Assembly (NCBI GenBank): GCA_043228905.1
Contig: JBHGNT010000015.1
Coordinates: 620,001 to 684,000 of the forward strand
Source: Azolla caroliniana
Lineage: Eukaryota; Plantae; Polypodiophyta
DNA: 64,000 nucleotides
Direction: 5' to 3'
Shown: positions 49,180 through 64,000 of the stretch, piece after piece
Position numbering within the stretch: position 1 is the first letter of the stretch
Layout: each line of letters begins with the position of its first letter
The notes under the pieces: model-generated
The model's input: only the letters and a program-made list of their open reading frames with translations
Told to the model about the DNA's origin: nothing
Database searches by the model: none
Program-made: the position numbers and the translations under genes

Positions 49180-52100
49180 TGTTGCACCTTACAAAATCGA
49201 GTTTAGAACTGCACTGAAGCAATGATTCATTGAGATACAGTTACACAAAGAGGTGCTTATGTTGTGTGAAAATCATCTAAAAGCTTCATTGTACCATAAT
49301 TGACAAAATTGCACATCCACATATATGCTTAGTTTTCTAAACTAAATCATCATTTTCAGTACCTCTGGTTGTTGGGTTTCTTTAAGGAATAAAACCAATG
49401 ATTTACTTATATCATAGTCGGCATATTGCCATGCAACTACATACATAAATATAATATATTTATTGTTTCAGAATCTGGGTTCTGATCGCTTACTTTGAGT
49501 ACATATTCTTTAATAATGCGAAAAACAATGTTTTAGATCATGATTGACATACTTACAAGAGATCTGCACACGTATATAATTATCTATTTTAGTCACCTAT
49601 TTTGAGCGTATGCAGACATCTGATTCCTTAATAGATATATTACTATGAAATCAATCAAATTATTTAAATCGTAATTGCCATATTGCCATGATATCTGCAT
49701 ACATATATAAGTGTATTTTTCCGATATCTGATTGACTATCTAAATTTATTGATTTGGTTTAATGATAACGGATCAATCTAAGTCAATAGGTAATATGTAT
49801 CATGAATGGGATGTGGGTGTGGTACCTACATAGGAAGATGTGTGTGAGAATACAGGATCAATCCAAAACCATTAGCTTCCTTTACACACATCATAATTGA
49901 GATATATGGTGTTCACATAGATATACATGTATTATAATTTGATTAATTTATATGGTATGATATCTGCATAATATTACTTTTTTTAATTGATCACCCAGTT
50001 CTTATTGCGTTCGTGTATTGCTTTCTTTTCAATTGCACAGAGTTATTCTGCCAATAAAACCGAAGAAACGCATACCTGAATTAGCTGTAACATGAAATTG
50101 GAATTATCTACGGAAGTAATATAATGAAAGAGAAAAAGAAACCCAAACAAGAATCTAACTCAACGAGACAAAAGAAGATTTACGAGCGGAAGAACAAAGA
50201 CAAGAATTAGGGGAAATTGAAACAGAGGGGGAGGGAAAGGAAGGGAGAGAGGGAGACCTGAAGGGTTTAATCCAAACGAAGGCGACACAGGAAATGGTTA
50301 AGAAAAAGCGGATGTGAGGGTTAAGGAACAGAGGCTGAATCCACGACGCTATGTGCGGGTGGGCACCGCCATAGCCTCCTATATAAAACAGAGAATGAAC
50401 AAACCAGATTATATATATGTGTATATATATCATTATATGTATATATGTACATAACATGTTTTTGTGTGTGTAAGTTACAATAATATAGTAATCAAATTTC
50501 CTTTCTTCTTTCTTCTGGCTTCTTCACACCTAGTCAAAAATAAATATATGTCTGGAGTGGCATATATAAGTACCATATCATTCTGGCGTGGCGCGCACTC
50601 TTCGATCATTCCGGTGCCCAATCGCCTAACCCTTTCTTCTGTTCATCTTAGCACCTCCATGAGCAATGGCCTTGGTGAGGAAAAAAAGAGTCGTTAAGTT
50701 GCTCGCTAGCTCTAAATTCTTCATAATCACACCGAAAATCCATTTTCCGACGAACGTATGCCAGGCTCCCTCCACTACAATATCATGAATTCCTCACGAT
50801 TCTCCATCGATTCGTGTGATCACACGATTGTACCTTCTATCTTTCATCGAAATCAAGGAGCGACTTGTTTCGATGGACAAAGTTCCCTCGATTCGCTGTA
50901 ATGTTGATCATACTTCGTTGGTGGGGGTTCCTATGGAAGGAACGTGAAGGTTATAGATATGTAAATTCTCTCGTAAAGTGTGAAGTTAATTTTTGGCCAA
51001 TTTCTATTGGTTCATGCACGAAAATGGAATGTCTCCTTGCTATTAGCAAGCTATCATATGGTCAAACTCGAAGGAATCATATCTAGAAAGCTTCTTTACA
51101 TTAGCCATGCATGTGGATGGGTGTGATGTGTATGTGAGAAGACTAGGAGGGGCTTGTCGATGTGTTGACATGTGTGTTTAATGTACGCCACTATTATCGT
51201 ATTATCGATATGATAAACTTGTTGATAATGGAAATAAAACAATATAATTGGTACTCACCCTACCCAAAGGTACATGTAATTTGAAATGTTCAAAAATTGG
51301 AAATAGCAATAGAGACGTGCACACTTCAACAATTTCTAAAAGGATAAAACCACTCAAGAATGTATATATGAATGTAAAGTGTGCACAAAAAGAGCATGAT
51401 GCAAACTAACATTCTAGAACATATGAGTAGAATGTAGATTTCTAGAAATGATAGGAATGTGAAAGGCCATTTACAATATATTTTTTGTGCTACGTAGCGT
51501 AGAAAAAAACATCGTGTGTTCTAAGGTGCAACAAAATGATGACAGGAGGACAAATGTCAATTCCTTCCAAATCTTTAAATGCACTCGAGAGGAATATTAC
51601 CACTGTTGGTTGAAGTGTGTGTAAGAAGATGCTTGTCAATCAATTATTTATATATCACTTTTCACATGTGAGTTTCACCTACATATTCTTGAATATGTAT
51701 TTGTCATGTGCTAGTAAAGAAGTGTTTTGTGTGCATGACATTTAGATTGAATTGTGTAACGTTGTAAACACGCGAGTTTGCTATCTAGAATAAGTGCACA
51801 TGGTACAACGCAAATAAGCAAACATGCAAGGATGGACCTAATCATCATTATGGATGTAGTTAAAAAAACATGCATAGAAGGAACTTACAACTAATTAGGT
51901 GGAAAAAACCTTTGGGGCTTTGCAATGAGAGAAACTTCTGATACTCATACTCATGCTAATGCCGATTCTACCCTTTTAATACTAAAAAGGTGCTACTTTC
52001 ACCGTAGATAAAAAGGGTAATTAATTCATGCAGTTTAAACAACTATCCATCATAATTAGTGGAATACCCTCTTTACTTCGAGAAGACACAATGATAGGAT

Positions 52101-52789
52101 TTGCATAATCTCAATGGATTACTATTAAACTACATTACTTTCATTACTCTTTTTAGCAACTATAAAATTAACATTGTAGATAACAAAGGGAAATCATACC
52201 ATCGATATATGTAGAGGCCTTTATTATTATTATTCCTCGAGTTTATGATGGGAAATGGTTCCAACAAAACACTAAGTACACCCAACTTGTTAGATATTTA
52301 CCATATATCTATATAAGAGTGTTTTGCCAAAGATATTGTGCTTTTCTCCTTTCATCATCACTCCCACGAATAAGAATTTACAACATTGCAAGTCGGGATA
52401 CCTAAAGGGTAGTGCCGCTAAGCAACCTAGTTGTTTTAATGGTATGTTTTGAGCTATTTTCTCAACTCCTCTTGTGTGTATTGGTTGTTCCTTATATCTC
52501 ATCCCCTGTCGTGTAAATAGTAGGGAAATATGTAATAAAATGTGATTGACTTGTTATTGTGTGATTAATCGATTAGTTGTTGGATGAAATGATTGGTTAT
52601 GAGAATGAGGTTAAATAGAGAATAATTACCAATAAGTTGTGATTGATTATTTAGTTAAGAACGGGTGTTTGGTATCAAAATGGTTGGGTTGATATTGCTT
52701 TCATGGACTTTTTTTTTCCCCCAAAAAAACTCCTTCCATTAGTTAGAAAATTTTACAAATGAAACGATTATGTACAAATCCTTGTAGGG

Positions 52790-53760
52790 ACACAATAGTT
52801 CCATCTTATGTAGATGCCCACTGACTCAAGAAAGGGAGAGGACGACCATTGTTGGATGAAGGCAATTTGTTGTCTTTCAACTCCATCGGAGCCGCCCTTG
52901 AGGCCATCATATCGGCTCTTTAGAGTGGCTACAATTTCACTCCATATCTCTTTGTAGTAACCTTGTTGGATGCGCAGTTTGGTTGGAGAAGACTTGTGTA
53001 CACTGTTGTTTCCATAGTATCCAAAGAGTTATTGGGCTGACCAATTCCAACACAACTTGAGATTTGTCATTAAGAGGAGTTGAGTGGACATTGCCGCTAG
53101 TGGAGAAAATAACCTCTTTTGCTTTTATCACCAAAGTCATCCCCTCCTCATTATGCTCGTATCTGCCAATTGGGGTCTGCCATGATAGCCAACATATATT
53201 TCCCCACTTGATTGAGCCTTGCACCTGGCACAATTGCAACAAGCGGCCAACCCCCCGACATATTCGATGGGACGTTGGGCAGTCCCACAGAGCCCGTCGT
53301 ATTGATTCTACTGCATTTGGGCACTCTACACAATTAGGAGAGCTAAGGTTCCCATGTTGCCATGCTCCCACCGATAGGGACTTATGTATTAATAGCCATT
53401 GGAATGTGGTAATTCGCCTCGCATGTTGTTGTTGTTTCCAGATTTTCTGCCCAAACTTGGTGATAATTGTGGGAGGAACTTGAAATGTGTGCCGGACCTT
53501 CGCAACAGCTGACTCTCTGGCTGTTTGAGCAACTAGAATGTGGCGACCCAATCTAGTTGTGAATTGGAAGAAAGGGATGGGTTTGCTTCCTTGCCCTGCG
53601 TAAGGATCACGCCATGTCCATTGCAAAGGGTCCCAATTGACCTTACGTAGCCATGTGTTTTCATGAGTACATATGTGCCAATCAGGTTGTACTTTGATTG
53701 GGTCAGGATCTACAATCCATTTATGACCAATATAGGCGAGTACTCGAATTGCGTTATTCT
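52790..53760 (-). mobile_element. 3' fragment of an L1-type LINE (zf-RVT region)
   Basis: TFQWLLIHKSL...CVEC...ESIRRALWDC and LWILWKQ.C..VFS motifs. Confidence 0.75.
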
Positions 53761-54519
53761 GTCTTGCAATTCAGAGCCTTCGATCTTGTGGACTTGACAA
53801 TAAACTCATTTTCGTTGAAACAATTCCTTACCCATGGCCCAAGAGTGCAAATCCATCTTTAAAATCCAATTCTTAATTTATTTTCTTGTTTGAATATCAA
53901 CGTAATAACCACATTGTTTGTTTAAATGATTTGTAGAATGTGGCGATTATTATTTTTTCCCTGTTCCACTCTCCTATTATCCATGTAATATCTTTAACAC
54001 TAGATTGATCTCTCTATCTCCATTTATTTGACACTCGAGGATCATTATAAATCTCTCTCTCTCTCTCTATATCTCTCTCTATATCTCTCTCTATTATCTA
54101 CATATCTTCTCTACTAGTTCACTCGGAAATAAACGCAACAAAAAGTTACCAAGGGAGGGCATTATCAATGTTTTCCCTGGAATCTAAAAAAAGGTTTGGA
54201 AGTCTCAAACAAACACACAGGCTCGTCACTACAATCCCAAGTGCCCTGAAGCTTCTATAAGTTGAGGAATGCCCCCTACCCAGGTCCTGTCGAAAGAGAG
54301 AGAAAATTCGGCGTATAAATTCCATAAAAAATAGTACACATACACAACCTTGGCTTTGTAGGGGGGGGGGGGGGTGTGTTTGGGGGAAGGGCATTTCGGG
54401 AAATAAAGAGGAATTCTGGGGCCAGTTTTGTAAAACCACAGAAATATGGCCAGGGGTATTTGGTTCATATTTGGGAAGAAGAAGAGAATGGCAGCAATTC
54501 AGCAAATTCTGGGAGCCTC

Positions 54520-54725
54520 ATGAGCTCTGATGCTGCTGAGAAGAAGGGAAGGAAGAGACCTAGCTTGCCGAGCGAGAGCGAAATAGGCGAGGATCGCGGT
54601 GATATGCAGAGGTACCTCATCACTGTAGAATACGTCGGCTCTCGATACTTTGGATTCCAGAAGCAGAAAGGCCAACAGGCTCGAACCGTCCAGGGTGCAC
54701 TCGAGGTTTCATTCTTGAGATTTAG

Positions 54726-54802
<77 letters not shown>

Positions 54803-55747
54803 CTAGTTGGTAGTTTTGAATGCCTCTATATTGTCTTCAGAGAATCTAGATCCTTGGGGCTTATATAGCATAGCTGCTCAATGCACATTGCGGCATTGCA
54901 GTTTTCAGGACTTTTGGTCACCGAAGAAATGTGTCATTACTTAGCGTATTCTCCTTAGCGTATCTCTCTCGTGTGTCTTTTGCAATTGATGCGGTATTGT
55001 GATGTCTGATTGTGATACTGTGAACATGTATCTATAGAGTTTAATTATACAATACACTTTTAGTAAATCCCAAAAAGAGAAAGGGAGAGCCTGTGAGTTG
55101 TGAGTGTGTTTAAGAAAAGAGTGTAAGGTGTAATAAATAAGAACTTGTGTAGAGATAGAGATAGAGAGAGGATTAGTTAGGTTGTTTGCAAGATATAACA
55201 TCTCATGCTTGATTCTATGTTCCACATGATCATCTAGTAATTGGGAAGTTTAAACCAATGCATGTTCATAAAAATAGGGCTTATAACCAGGAGACAACTT
55301 TGGGCCAGGTAACACAACATACAAGATATTTTTTCCGAACATGCGTGGATTCTTTGCATTGGCTGGTTTTGATAATCTAGAGTGAACAATTGACACAAAG
55401 ACATGTCCCTGTGCATCACCCAACCTAGTGAGTCTGAACTCTTTAGGACTGTTTGGAAATTAGCGATTAACAACAAATATTGGTTTTGCATATGAAATTT
55501 GAGTCCCTATTAAAGATTCATCACCTTTCATGTGGATGATTGCCCATGCTAGGCATCGAGTCAATACTCACTACTTGGGCTGAATACATTTCCACTATCT
55601 TGCTTGTAATCGATGATAGTGCATTAAACAAAGGACACAGTTGGGAGCGAGAGAGAGTAGACATTTTTAACATCCACGGGAGACTATGGAAATCTATGAA
55701 ACAATTGAGAGATAGATCGTCTGCGGAGGTCAAATATGACCTATGAG

Positions 55748-55831
<84 letters not shown>

Positions 55832-58561
55832 TTTGGAGGTCAAATATGACATATGAGACCAAAAATATTACATTTCACGTGATACGTGTGAAAGTGAGTA
55901 GCGACTCTCGATGTTCAAGAACTTTACCAATGAATGTGGAACATAGAATCAAGGGCAAAGTGTGATACTCAAACTCTCGAACTTGTTTAGGGCAAAGTGT
56001 GCATAGCCGACCACTCTCATCACTTGTGCCCCAATGCTCTGTCTCACATCGCAATGCATGTGAGCTAAGTTGCATGTAAGCAATGGTTCGAATGGCAGAT
56101 AAGGGATGGGCTCTAACATGTATCGATGTGTACGGTTTCCCCATTCTGCGAAAAATATGGTTTTGTAGTTAGGCGCAACATATGTAGTATAACGTGTGAA
56201 GCGTGAGCCTCCACATTTGTCCCATGTCATGATACATTGGCGTTGCAAAAAGGCCTTATTTATAGAGGAATCTAGTGATGCATCATGAAGCAAGTGTCTT
56301 GCATCCCATCTATCAAACCATTTTTCCATATCTTGCATTCAATTGGAACACAAAATTTTGCTTTTATGTGTCTTTTGGATCTTTTTGCTTGCTTCCCATA
56401 CAATTCTAGGAAGTCGATGTGAGGGACTTTTTTGAACCTTAAGCATGTATTCAACAACCCTTTCCATGGCCATGATCTCAATGGGAAGCAATCTCGTCTC
56501 AAGGAGGCGAAGGGTGTGGGGTGTTTGTTTCTTAACTTGTAGAAACTTTGTAAGAAAATGTTTTTGGACATTTTCAAACTCTTTCCACGTAGATTTATGG
56601 ATGTTATCGTCCCATACTTCCACCCCATAGAGACGCACCAGTGTCACCAAAGTGCCGAAAAGATATTTCTCGAGGACCCAACACTTAATATCTCCATGAT
56701 TGCATGTGTTCTCAAATGCATAGTATGCTCGCTTACCTGCTTCTAAGTAGCGTGTAATACATTCATTCCATCTATGATTTGAAGGAACTTCAAGGCCAAG
56801 ATATTTGAAGATTTCCCCACATTCAAGTGGCTCATTATTGTACATAATACATGGTTTATTTCTTTTTTGGCTCTTCACTAGCATAATCTTTGTTTTAGAG
56901 TTATTGACACTTAATTTAGTATGCATGCAATTTTTTTCCAATGCTTTCATAAGCTTTTGTGCATCTCTTAAAGTATTTGCAAAAAGCACTACATCATCCG
57001 CATATAGCAAAAGCATAATGACAACATTCCCAATGACAACTTCTTCAATACATTCTTCTTTACAAACTCTACAACCATTTCTTCCAATTCATTAATGCAT
57101 AGACCAAATAGTGTTGGTGAGAGTGGGCATCCTTGCTTAACACCAATAGTGCTATTGAAAAAATCTGAAAGTCTATCTCTCATATGTACACAACATATAA
57201 TCTTCTCATATATTCGAGAAATTGCAAGCATATATTCACTTGGCACCTCAAGTTCTTCCATTCGCCTCCAAAGATGCTCATGAGGTGCCATATCAAAAGC
57301 TTTCTTAAAGTCTACAAAGCAACAATATAAACCTTTACCTCTAAGGCGACTTTCCTCCATTAATACTCGAAGGGTGATAAGGTGATCAATGGTGCTATGG
57401 TGTTTTCGAAAGCCAGCTTGTTCATAAGCTCTCTTACCATTTTTTTCAGCCCATGCACTTACCTTTGATTCCATTATACATCCAAATAGTTTTGCCATTA
57501 ACAAGCCAACCATGATGGTTTGATAGTTGTTTACATTATGTAAAGGTTTGATCCGATTTGTAGTCCAATCATACGACATACCATGTTGCAATGCATCATT
57601 AAACATATTGTTTATCCATACATGGGCTTCCTTTCCCGTCCATTTGAGCATTTCAGCCTTTACACATTGGATATCGCTTGCCTTTCTAGAGGCCAATTTT
57701 TTAATTCCTATGCATATATCTTCAATTGTAAAGAAGGGAGACATATGTAAGAGAACCATAACATATTATCTTTCCGGCAAGAGATAGCTCATATAAATTC
57801 TTACAATGCATAGACTAGTCATGAAGAGTTAAGTCACCATAACTCTAAACATGTTTCCCCTTTAAATTTCCCCAAAATTTAACACACGCATGTGCTTTCT
57901 CTTGCGTTTGGAAAAATTGTTGAGTAACTTCCCATATTCTTCTCTTTCTTTGAATAAGCCTTTTATACTCATGCAAATGCTTTCGGTAATTTTCTTTGTC
58001 GTTAACTACGTCCAAAACCATAAAGCACTTTCGAGCTTCACGACATTCTTTATCAAACCATTTTTTCTTTGACCTACATTTCTTGGTCCATTTGCAAGAT
58101 GTGCAGTTGGTCAAAAAACAATTGTTTGTACATGAGAGAATGACTTTCTTAAAAGCTTCCCATTTGCATTTTAGTGTGGCACCATGTTGTATCTTTGTCA
58201 TTTATAACATATCCTCAACCATCTTGGAATACATGGGTGCTTGCTTAAGGTTCATGCTCGAGTGTGGCTGTTTATTATCTTCAATGGCCTTCTCACAATC
58301 AAACCTATACATACATTTGAGGTCAATACATAAAGCCCTATTGTCGGATTTCGGCGTCCATTCACCAAGTGAGAATTAATGTAGATGATCCAAAATACCT
58401 TTGGAATGTAACACATAGTTAATCACACTATTTCCGTTGTGTTTTCTACATGTAAAACCATTAGTGTTGGGCCATAAGGAGACCATTTGCAATAAGCAAT
58501 TTGTTACTATTGCACATTTGTAGGAGTAACTTCCCAAATTGGTCCGGATCTTTTTCATTGC

Positions 58562-58605
<44 letters not shown>

Positions 58606-61600
58606 AACATCCATGGGAGACCTATGGCAATCTATGAAACAATTGGGAGAGGGAGAAAAATTGTTTCTCTTGCAGGAAGCATTCTACAAATTTGTTGGAA
58701 AACATGTGGAAAGTGCATGCTCAAGCCGAACGGTAATTTCTTGATACTCTTTTGTATCTGAAAATGTATACACTTTGTGAGAGAATGTGTAGAAAGTGCA
58801 TCACTGGTCAATGCCTTTCTTTTTGCTTATTGTTTCAGAAAATGTAGAGAAGATCAAATCATTAGGAATGTAAAATGAACCACCGTTTTTAGATATGTTG
58901 GCGAGTATTTTGAGAAGGAAAATACTGTATATTTTGGTCCTCCTGCTTTTACTGAACGAACTGTATATTTTGGCCCTCCTGCTTTTACTGAACGAACTGT
59001 ATATTTTGGCTTGTAATTTAAAACCACAAATTACTCTGCTAATTAATCTTCAATCATATTGCATTTTTCTTATTTCAAGGATACCGGTGTCCATGCGTTG
59101 AGAAATGTTTGCCATGTTGATGTGGAGAGAGTGAGCAAGAGAAAGCCAGGAGAAATTGTAAGTCAATGCTATATTCACATGTACGGCCTATCCATGGTTC
59201 AAATGTCGCCATTTTTCTTAAATCAGTTGGTGTGGTGTTATGGGATGTTGAATGGATTTATGGGACTGTAATAATCCCGCCATATCCATCTTTTTCTCTG
59301 TTTTCTGATGCGTGATCTAATTTTGCAGCTCTCACCACATAAACCGGAAGTTGTGAAGCGAGCTCTAAACCATTTTTTGCTGGTATTCCTCTCAAAGTAT
59401 CAATGTTCAACAAAATCTAGGGCGTGGAATACTTTTTTCTTTGCTTACTAAAGCCTAATAGAATATAATAAAAGGCTAAATGTTTATAGGGAATATTCTT
59501 AATTTCAACAAGACCATGGACTTCTAGATTCATTACATGGGATGCAAGACACTGAAAAAAATCTGCTGCCTTCCTGGTGGTTATGCCATGGGCCTCAATA
59601 TAGACTTGACCACATTACCTCCAGATGCACACAGAGTATCTGGTAACAGTAAGCAAGACCTTGATGAATAGTTTAATGCGCATTGCAATTGCACTTTAAA
59701 AACTTAGATTCTACACTGTATGACTCTATTGAGAGTAATCTATAAAAACCTATTAATGCTGAAAGTTCTGGTGAAATCGTGTTATTATGCTTATTGACTT
59801 CAAAATTTCATGCTAATTAAAGTTTTCTTGCACTTTTCATCTTATGTTGAGAGTAGTCTATATGAGAATATATGGTGTATATGTTGAATTTTTATTTTGC
59901 TTCTCAAGATTACTTATAATGCTATCAAACTTTATTTCTCTTTCGGATTCCACAATGAGGCACAAATCATATGCGCAACATACATAATAAGAGCAGACAT
60001 CTGGCTTACATGGCAACCATAGAGCCAATAAGGGCTCTCCCTCCATCCTTGGCGGTATATCTTTAGTGTTTGCTTGCACTTACCATATATACTTTAATGG
60101 AGAGTGGAGAAAGATAACTCATTGATTTTTTGCTTATTCAAAGAGATATATACTAGCCCCGTTGTCCATGGAGGCGTCTTGGTTCTAGCATACTTATGTA
60201 AGGAATATTTACAAAGTCAAAATGGAAGAAAACTCTCGACTGCTGTCTGGATCTCTAACTTAAACTCAATATATGGGAAAAAGATCTGCATTCAGTAACT
60301 CAAGCTATCCTGAAGAAATCTTTAACTCACCTAATCTGTAGAATGACTGACGTCTTTGTTGAACTCTCTTTTACACATGTGTTTACTTGCACGTGATACC
60401 TTGATCATAAGGTATTTAAAACAATAGTCATCTTAATCAATCAGTATGTATATCATTAGTTTAGTATGTGGAATGCTGACAGGAAATCATTTACTGACAA
60501 CATTATCTTGTTCTTCCTTTCCTGCAACAGAGTGGTGGTGAAGAGGTTCAAGTTGTGGATGTGAGATGTGTTCCTCAAGATTTTCATGCTCGTTTTCGAG
60601 CTAAAGAACGAACGTGAGTCTTCAGAAAGGATTTTATTGTTAGTGAGTTCCTCGTTTCATTTTCTCATGATGGAAGTTTAATCATTTTAAACTCTGAAGC
60701 TTTTTGAATGCAGCCTGACCTTCTGGAAACTTTTTTCTGTATTAAAAGGCCATATGTATGCTGTCTTATAAGTGTCATTACCAGGGAAAACATTGTATTG
60801 TCCAATATGTTATGAGCAATTATCGGTTGAGATTTTATCCCTTCATGTGCCTGCTACTGAAGCTGCCACAGCACATGTTGTATGTGCTGACTAGGTTCTA
60901 TATGTGGGGCCTGTTAGTGAGTGATGAACTGTTGGTAAGAGGAGAATTCTGCCTTTCCTCTGCATAGCAGTTACTCACACATGAAATCAAAGTCAGCCCT
61001 CCTGCCTATCATATGGCACTTACATGACAGATCTGGGCCATAATCCAGATTAGCAGTAATATTGATCTTGTAAAAATTCTCTCACTGACCAACAGACTCT
61101 AAATCCGGGCAAATCAACAGTGTTGGTGGAAAGCGCTTTGCACATGATATCGTATGATTCATGGGAATGATTTTTGAGAGATTCATTCTTACAAATCTGC
61201 CTAAAATATCAAATACTTTAAAGGTGAGAGGGGGTATCTTATGGCTTAAGAGAAACATAGTTTCAATGGTCTTGTTTTGAACATATGCACATCACACAAT
61301 GAAAAAATGGGGGGCAGTCCTTTTCAGCGATTTACAATTGTCTGCATTTTAGGATATATTCTTAAGGCATAGTTCCTCCTTTTTTAAGAAAATTGATGAA
61401 GTGATAAAATTCATATCCATCACAGACAACTTGGTCACAAATCTGGCTTAAAATATACATGTGCAACCATTAATTTATTGTTACATAAATGAGTGGCAAT
61501 CTGCAGATATCATTATCGAATCATCATAAGTACAGATTTATCTGTTTTTGAAAGAGAACGAGCCTGGCATGTGGAGGAAGATCTGGATCTTGAGGCTATG

Positions 61601-62554
61601 CAGGTAATATGTTGCTTTGACGTATTTCAATTTCTGTTAAATAAGATAATGTGATAATGCACAAAGACATTTCATTGTTGAAAATGTCAGAAAGCTTCCA
61701 AAGTGTTAGTGGGCTGTCATGATTTCAGTTCATTTCGTGCAAGTGGGTGCCAGGTAAAGACATTTCTGGTTATCTTTTGCGTAACCATCTCGTGTAGATA
61801 TGATTGTTAAGTTGTTACTTGCAGGCAAAATCTCCAGTAAAGTCTTTGGATGAGCTCCATGTTTGTGAGATGCCTTCTTGGCCATGTTTTCCAACACAAG
61901 AAGAAAGACTCCAATGTCCTGGCGAGAATATACCAAATTCCACAGATAGTATCACTGATGCCAAATTTCTAAATGACTCATTAACTGAAAGGAGCACAAA
62001 TTCAGTGATGTCAAAGCCATTGCAGAAGCGTTGTTATGTTATAACTGCGAGGGCTCGATCTTTCTTATATCATCAAGTAATATTCTTCCTGAAACTTTAG
62101 TTCCAATAGTTTGGTTGAATTGTTCTAATAGTTTACCCGTAGCATTTTTTATGTATCATTTTAGGTTCGGTTAATGGTTGGACTTTTAAAAGCAGTTGGT
62201 GCAGGGGATGTACACATAAACAAAGGTAAGTACAGTCTATTTTTTTGGCATACATATGAGATGTTTGGTGACGTCAAGATGATTTGGCATCAAGGGTTTT
62301 GAAAAATCTCTCTTTGATTAGTATTGTGATCATTCCAATGATTATTAACATGATCCTTTTCCTCCTTACTGGTGATTTATGTTTTCTTTATGTGTTCCTT
62401 CCGGCTTTACAGTTTCTTCATTAAAGTTGTGGGCATGGCTCTTACAGTGAAAGACATATTAGAAGCCAGAACGGTAACACAAACACCAGCAATGGCGCCT
62501 GCTTGTGGACTCTACCTTGCAGATGTGAAGTATGAATTTGGGGACATGGAGTGA
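54520..62554 (+). CDS. tRNA pseudouridine synthase, TruA/Pus family, 10 exons
   Basis: Exons approx. 54520-54705 (EYVGSRYFGFQKQ...TVQGALE), 58676-58732 (SSRT), 59080-59157 (DTGVHA), 59329-59382, 60531-60613 (FHAR), 61507-61603, 61691-61753 (HDFSSFRASGCQ), 61825-62076 (SFLYHQ), 62165-62225 (VRLMVG), 62448-62554 (APACGLYL). Start codon uncertain. Confidence 0.93.
54730..54799. repeat. (AT)n(AG)n microsatellite. Further (AG)n at 55752-55828 and 58567-58600, (TATACA)n at about 23803-23855.
   Basis: Seen directly. Confidence 0.9.
55870..58560 (-). mobile_element. Near-complete degenerate RTE/RTEX-like LINE in TruA intron 1
   Basis: Endonuclease tail (GNSVINYV, SD), RT (QAGFR, FVDFKKAFD, GVKQGCPLSPTLF, LLYADD, FKYLG) and C-terminal CTLC...EYH motif, with frameshifts. 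Confidence 0.88.
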
Positions 62555-63394
62555 TGGAGACAGGTTGGCTCATTGCAGTACAGTGATCTTTCGCTCGCGC
62601 TCTCTTTGGTGAAGATCATTCTTTGAGAAAAGATTAACAAAACTGTGTAATTCTCACAAGACATTCTAGAGGTGGGAATTCTGAACGATTCAATTCATAA
62701 ACCATATAAGCGTGGAAAGAAAAAGAATGTTGTGGCATGTTGAATACCGAGCAAGATTTTGAGTGAACATATGCAGTACACAACATGTTTGTTCCTTGGA
62801 ATGCATTAATAATGCTGGTGAGTGAGTGCATTCATGTATCTATTAATCAATCACGCGAATAGAACTAAAAGCATCAAATTTCTTTGTCGTGCTGAAAATA
62901 GCACCATGAAGAAGAATCAATTTCTAGAAATTAACCACACCTCTGTAATAATTTTTAATGGCATCTATACTTAATATTATGTGAGCTATTTTTCAAATAA
63001 AGTCTGTATGTCACAAAGGCATTTTGTGCTTTACAAATTTTCTGGTTACTCATTTTAATATTTATGAAAGAATTAAATTTGTTTCTTAGAAAGTGTCCTT
63101 GACAGTTGATACTATGCCTAGAGAACATCTCGAACAAAGATCCATGCACCCAAATTTGCCTCTAATGGTATGTGGGCTATATATGCACTCAATGTGCAAG
63201 AGTTATGTGGGCCATATATGGACTCTATGAGCAATTATTGGGATGAGTTAGGTGTCAAAGGGAGTTACTAAAGCTAATGACAAGTACAATTGATGTGAAG
63301 CTAGAGTGCCCATTATTCCCAACCCTGTTTTTAGCTGTATGTTGACAGAGTAGTGGAAACATCACATATGTTAGTGGTGGGGAATTGACACAAT

Positions 63395-63620
63395 AGGTGT
63401 GCCCATCCACATTTTTCTTTATGTTGACGGCATAATATTGGTGCTTGAATCTCATGCAAGTCTACATCCTCGCAATGCTCTAAATGGTTTTTGTTGTGAA
63501 AAAGGCCTTATGATAAACTTGGGAAAGACTAAAGCTATGATCTTCCACACGTTGACTTGCAAACAAGTTACCATCACCCTATTCAAATAGCAAGTGAAGT
63601 ATTGGATATATGTCTATTTA
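63395..63620 (+). mobile_element. Short RTE-like LINE RT remnant
   Basis: FLYVDGIILV and FCCEKGLMINLGKTKAMIF. Confidence 0.6.
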
Positions 63621-64000
63621 TGTATGTATGTTCACTCAAGATATGCAACTCTAACCATGGTAGATTGACAATATCAACACACACATACTTCCAAGAGCAT
63701 TGTACTTGGTGTGTGACAAAAAGTGTCAGTGTGATGGGGGATAAACAATGATTAAGTAAATTATGACTGGGATATAGTTTTGAGGGGGATTTGGGGAGGA
63801 TCTATCAAATTTACTTTTGACTAAATAGGAGTGGGGGGTCTTAGACTTGGTCCAACAAAGTATGGTTATTTGAGGCCATGTTCACTCTTACCCTCATGTA
63901 TGATAGATGCAATCCATTGTTGTTAAAAAACGTGTCCTTTATAGATATAGTAAGTTTTAGAATACCCACATGTATTCTAAATGTATTCAACCTTTTGGAA

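Noticed and set aside
50690-52100. Possible DNA-transposon remnant between VSR and TruA
   Set aside because: Only vague Cys/His hints. No motif or termini could be supported.
62582-62620. Small hairpin after the TruA stop codon
   Set aside because: The stem is too short for a miRNA precursor or MITE.

Overview
Eukaryotic land-plant nuclear DNA. It is probably a non-seed vascular plant such as a fern; that is an inference from gene and TE style. Five host genes were reconstructed exon by exon: a PLS-class PPR gene (+), a BRCC36-like JAMM deubiquitinase with a U12 AT-AC intron (-), a CWF19L2/CwfJ-like splicing factor (-), a vacuolar sorting receptor (-) and a TruA-family pseudouridine synthase (+). 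A partial duplicate of the BRCC36 5' end sits upstream of CWF19L2. The region 24.8-43.0 kb is an LTR-retrotransposon nest. It holds a young copia with 54-bp repeats in its LTRs and an old copia carrying five nested insertions. One of these is a copia whose Pol frame runs about 285 codons past RNase H between two identical PPT motifs, and another is a gypsy-like fragment with a tRNA-Trp PBS. Several RTE-like and L1 LINE remnants are also present. All coordinates were read by eye and may be off by a few bases. No database searches were run.
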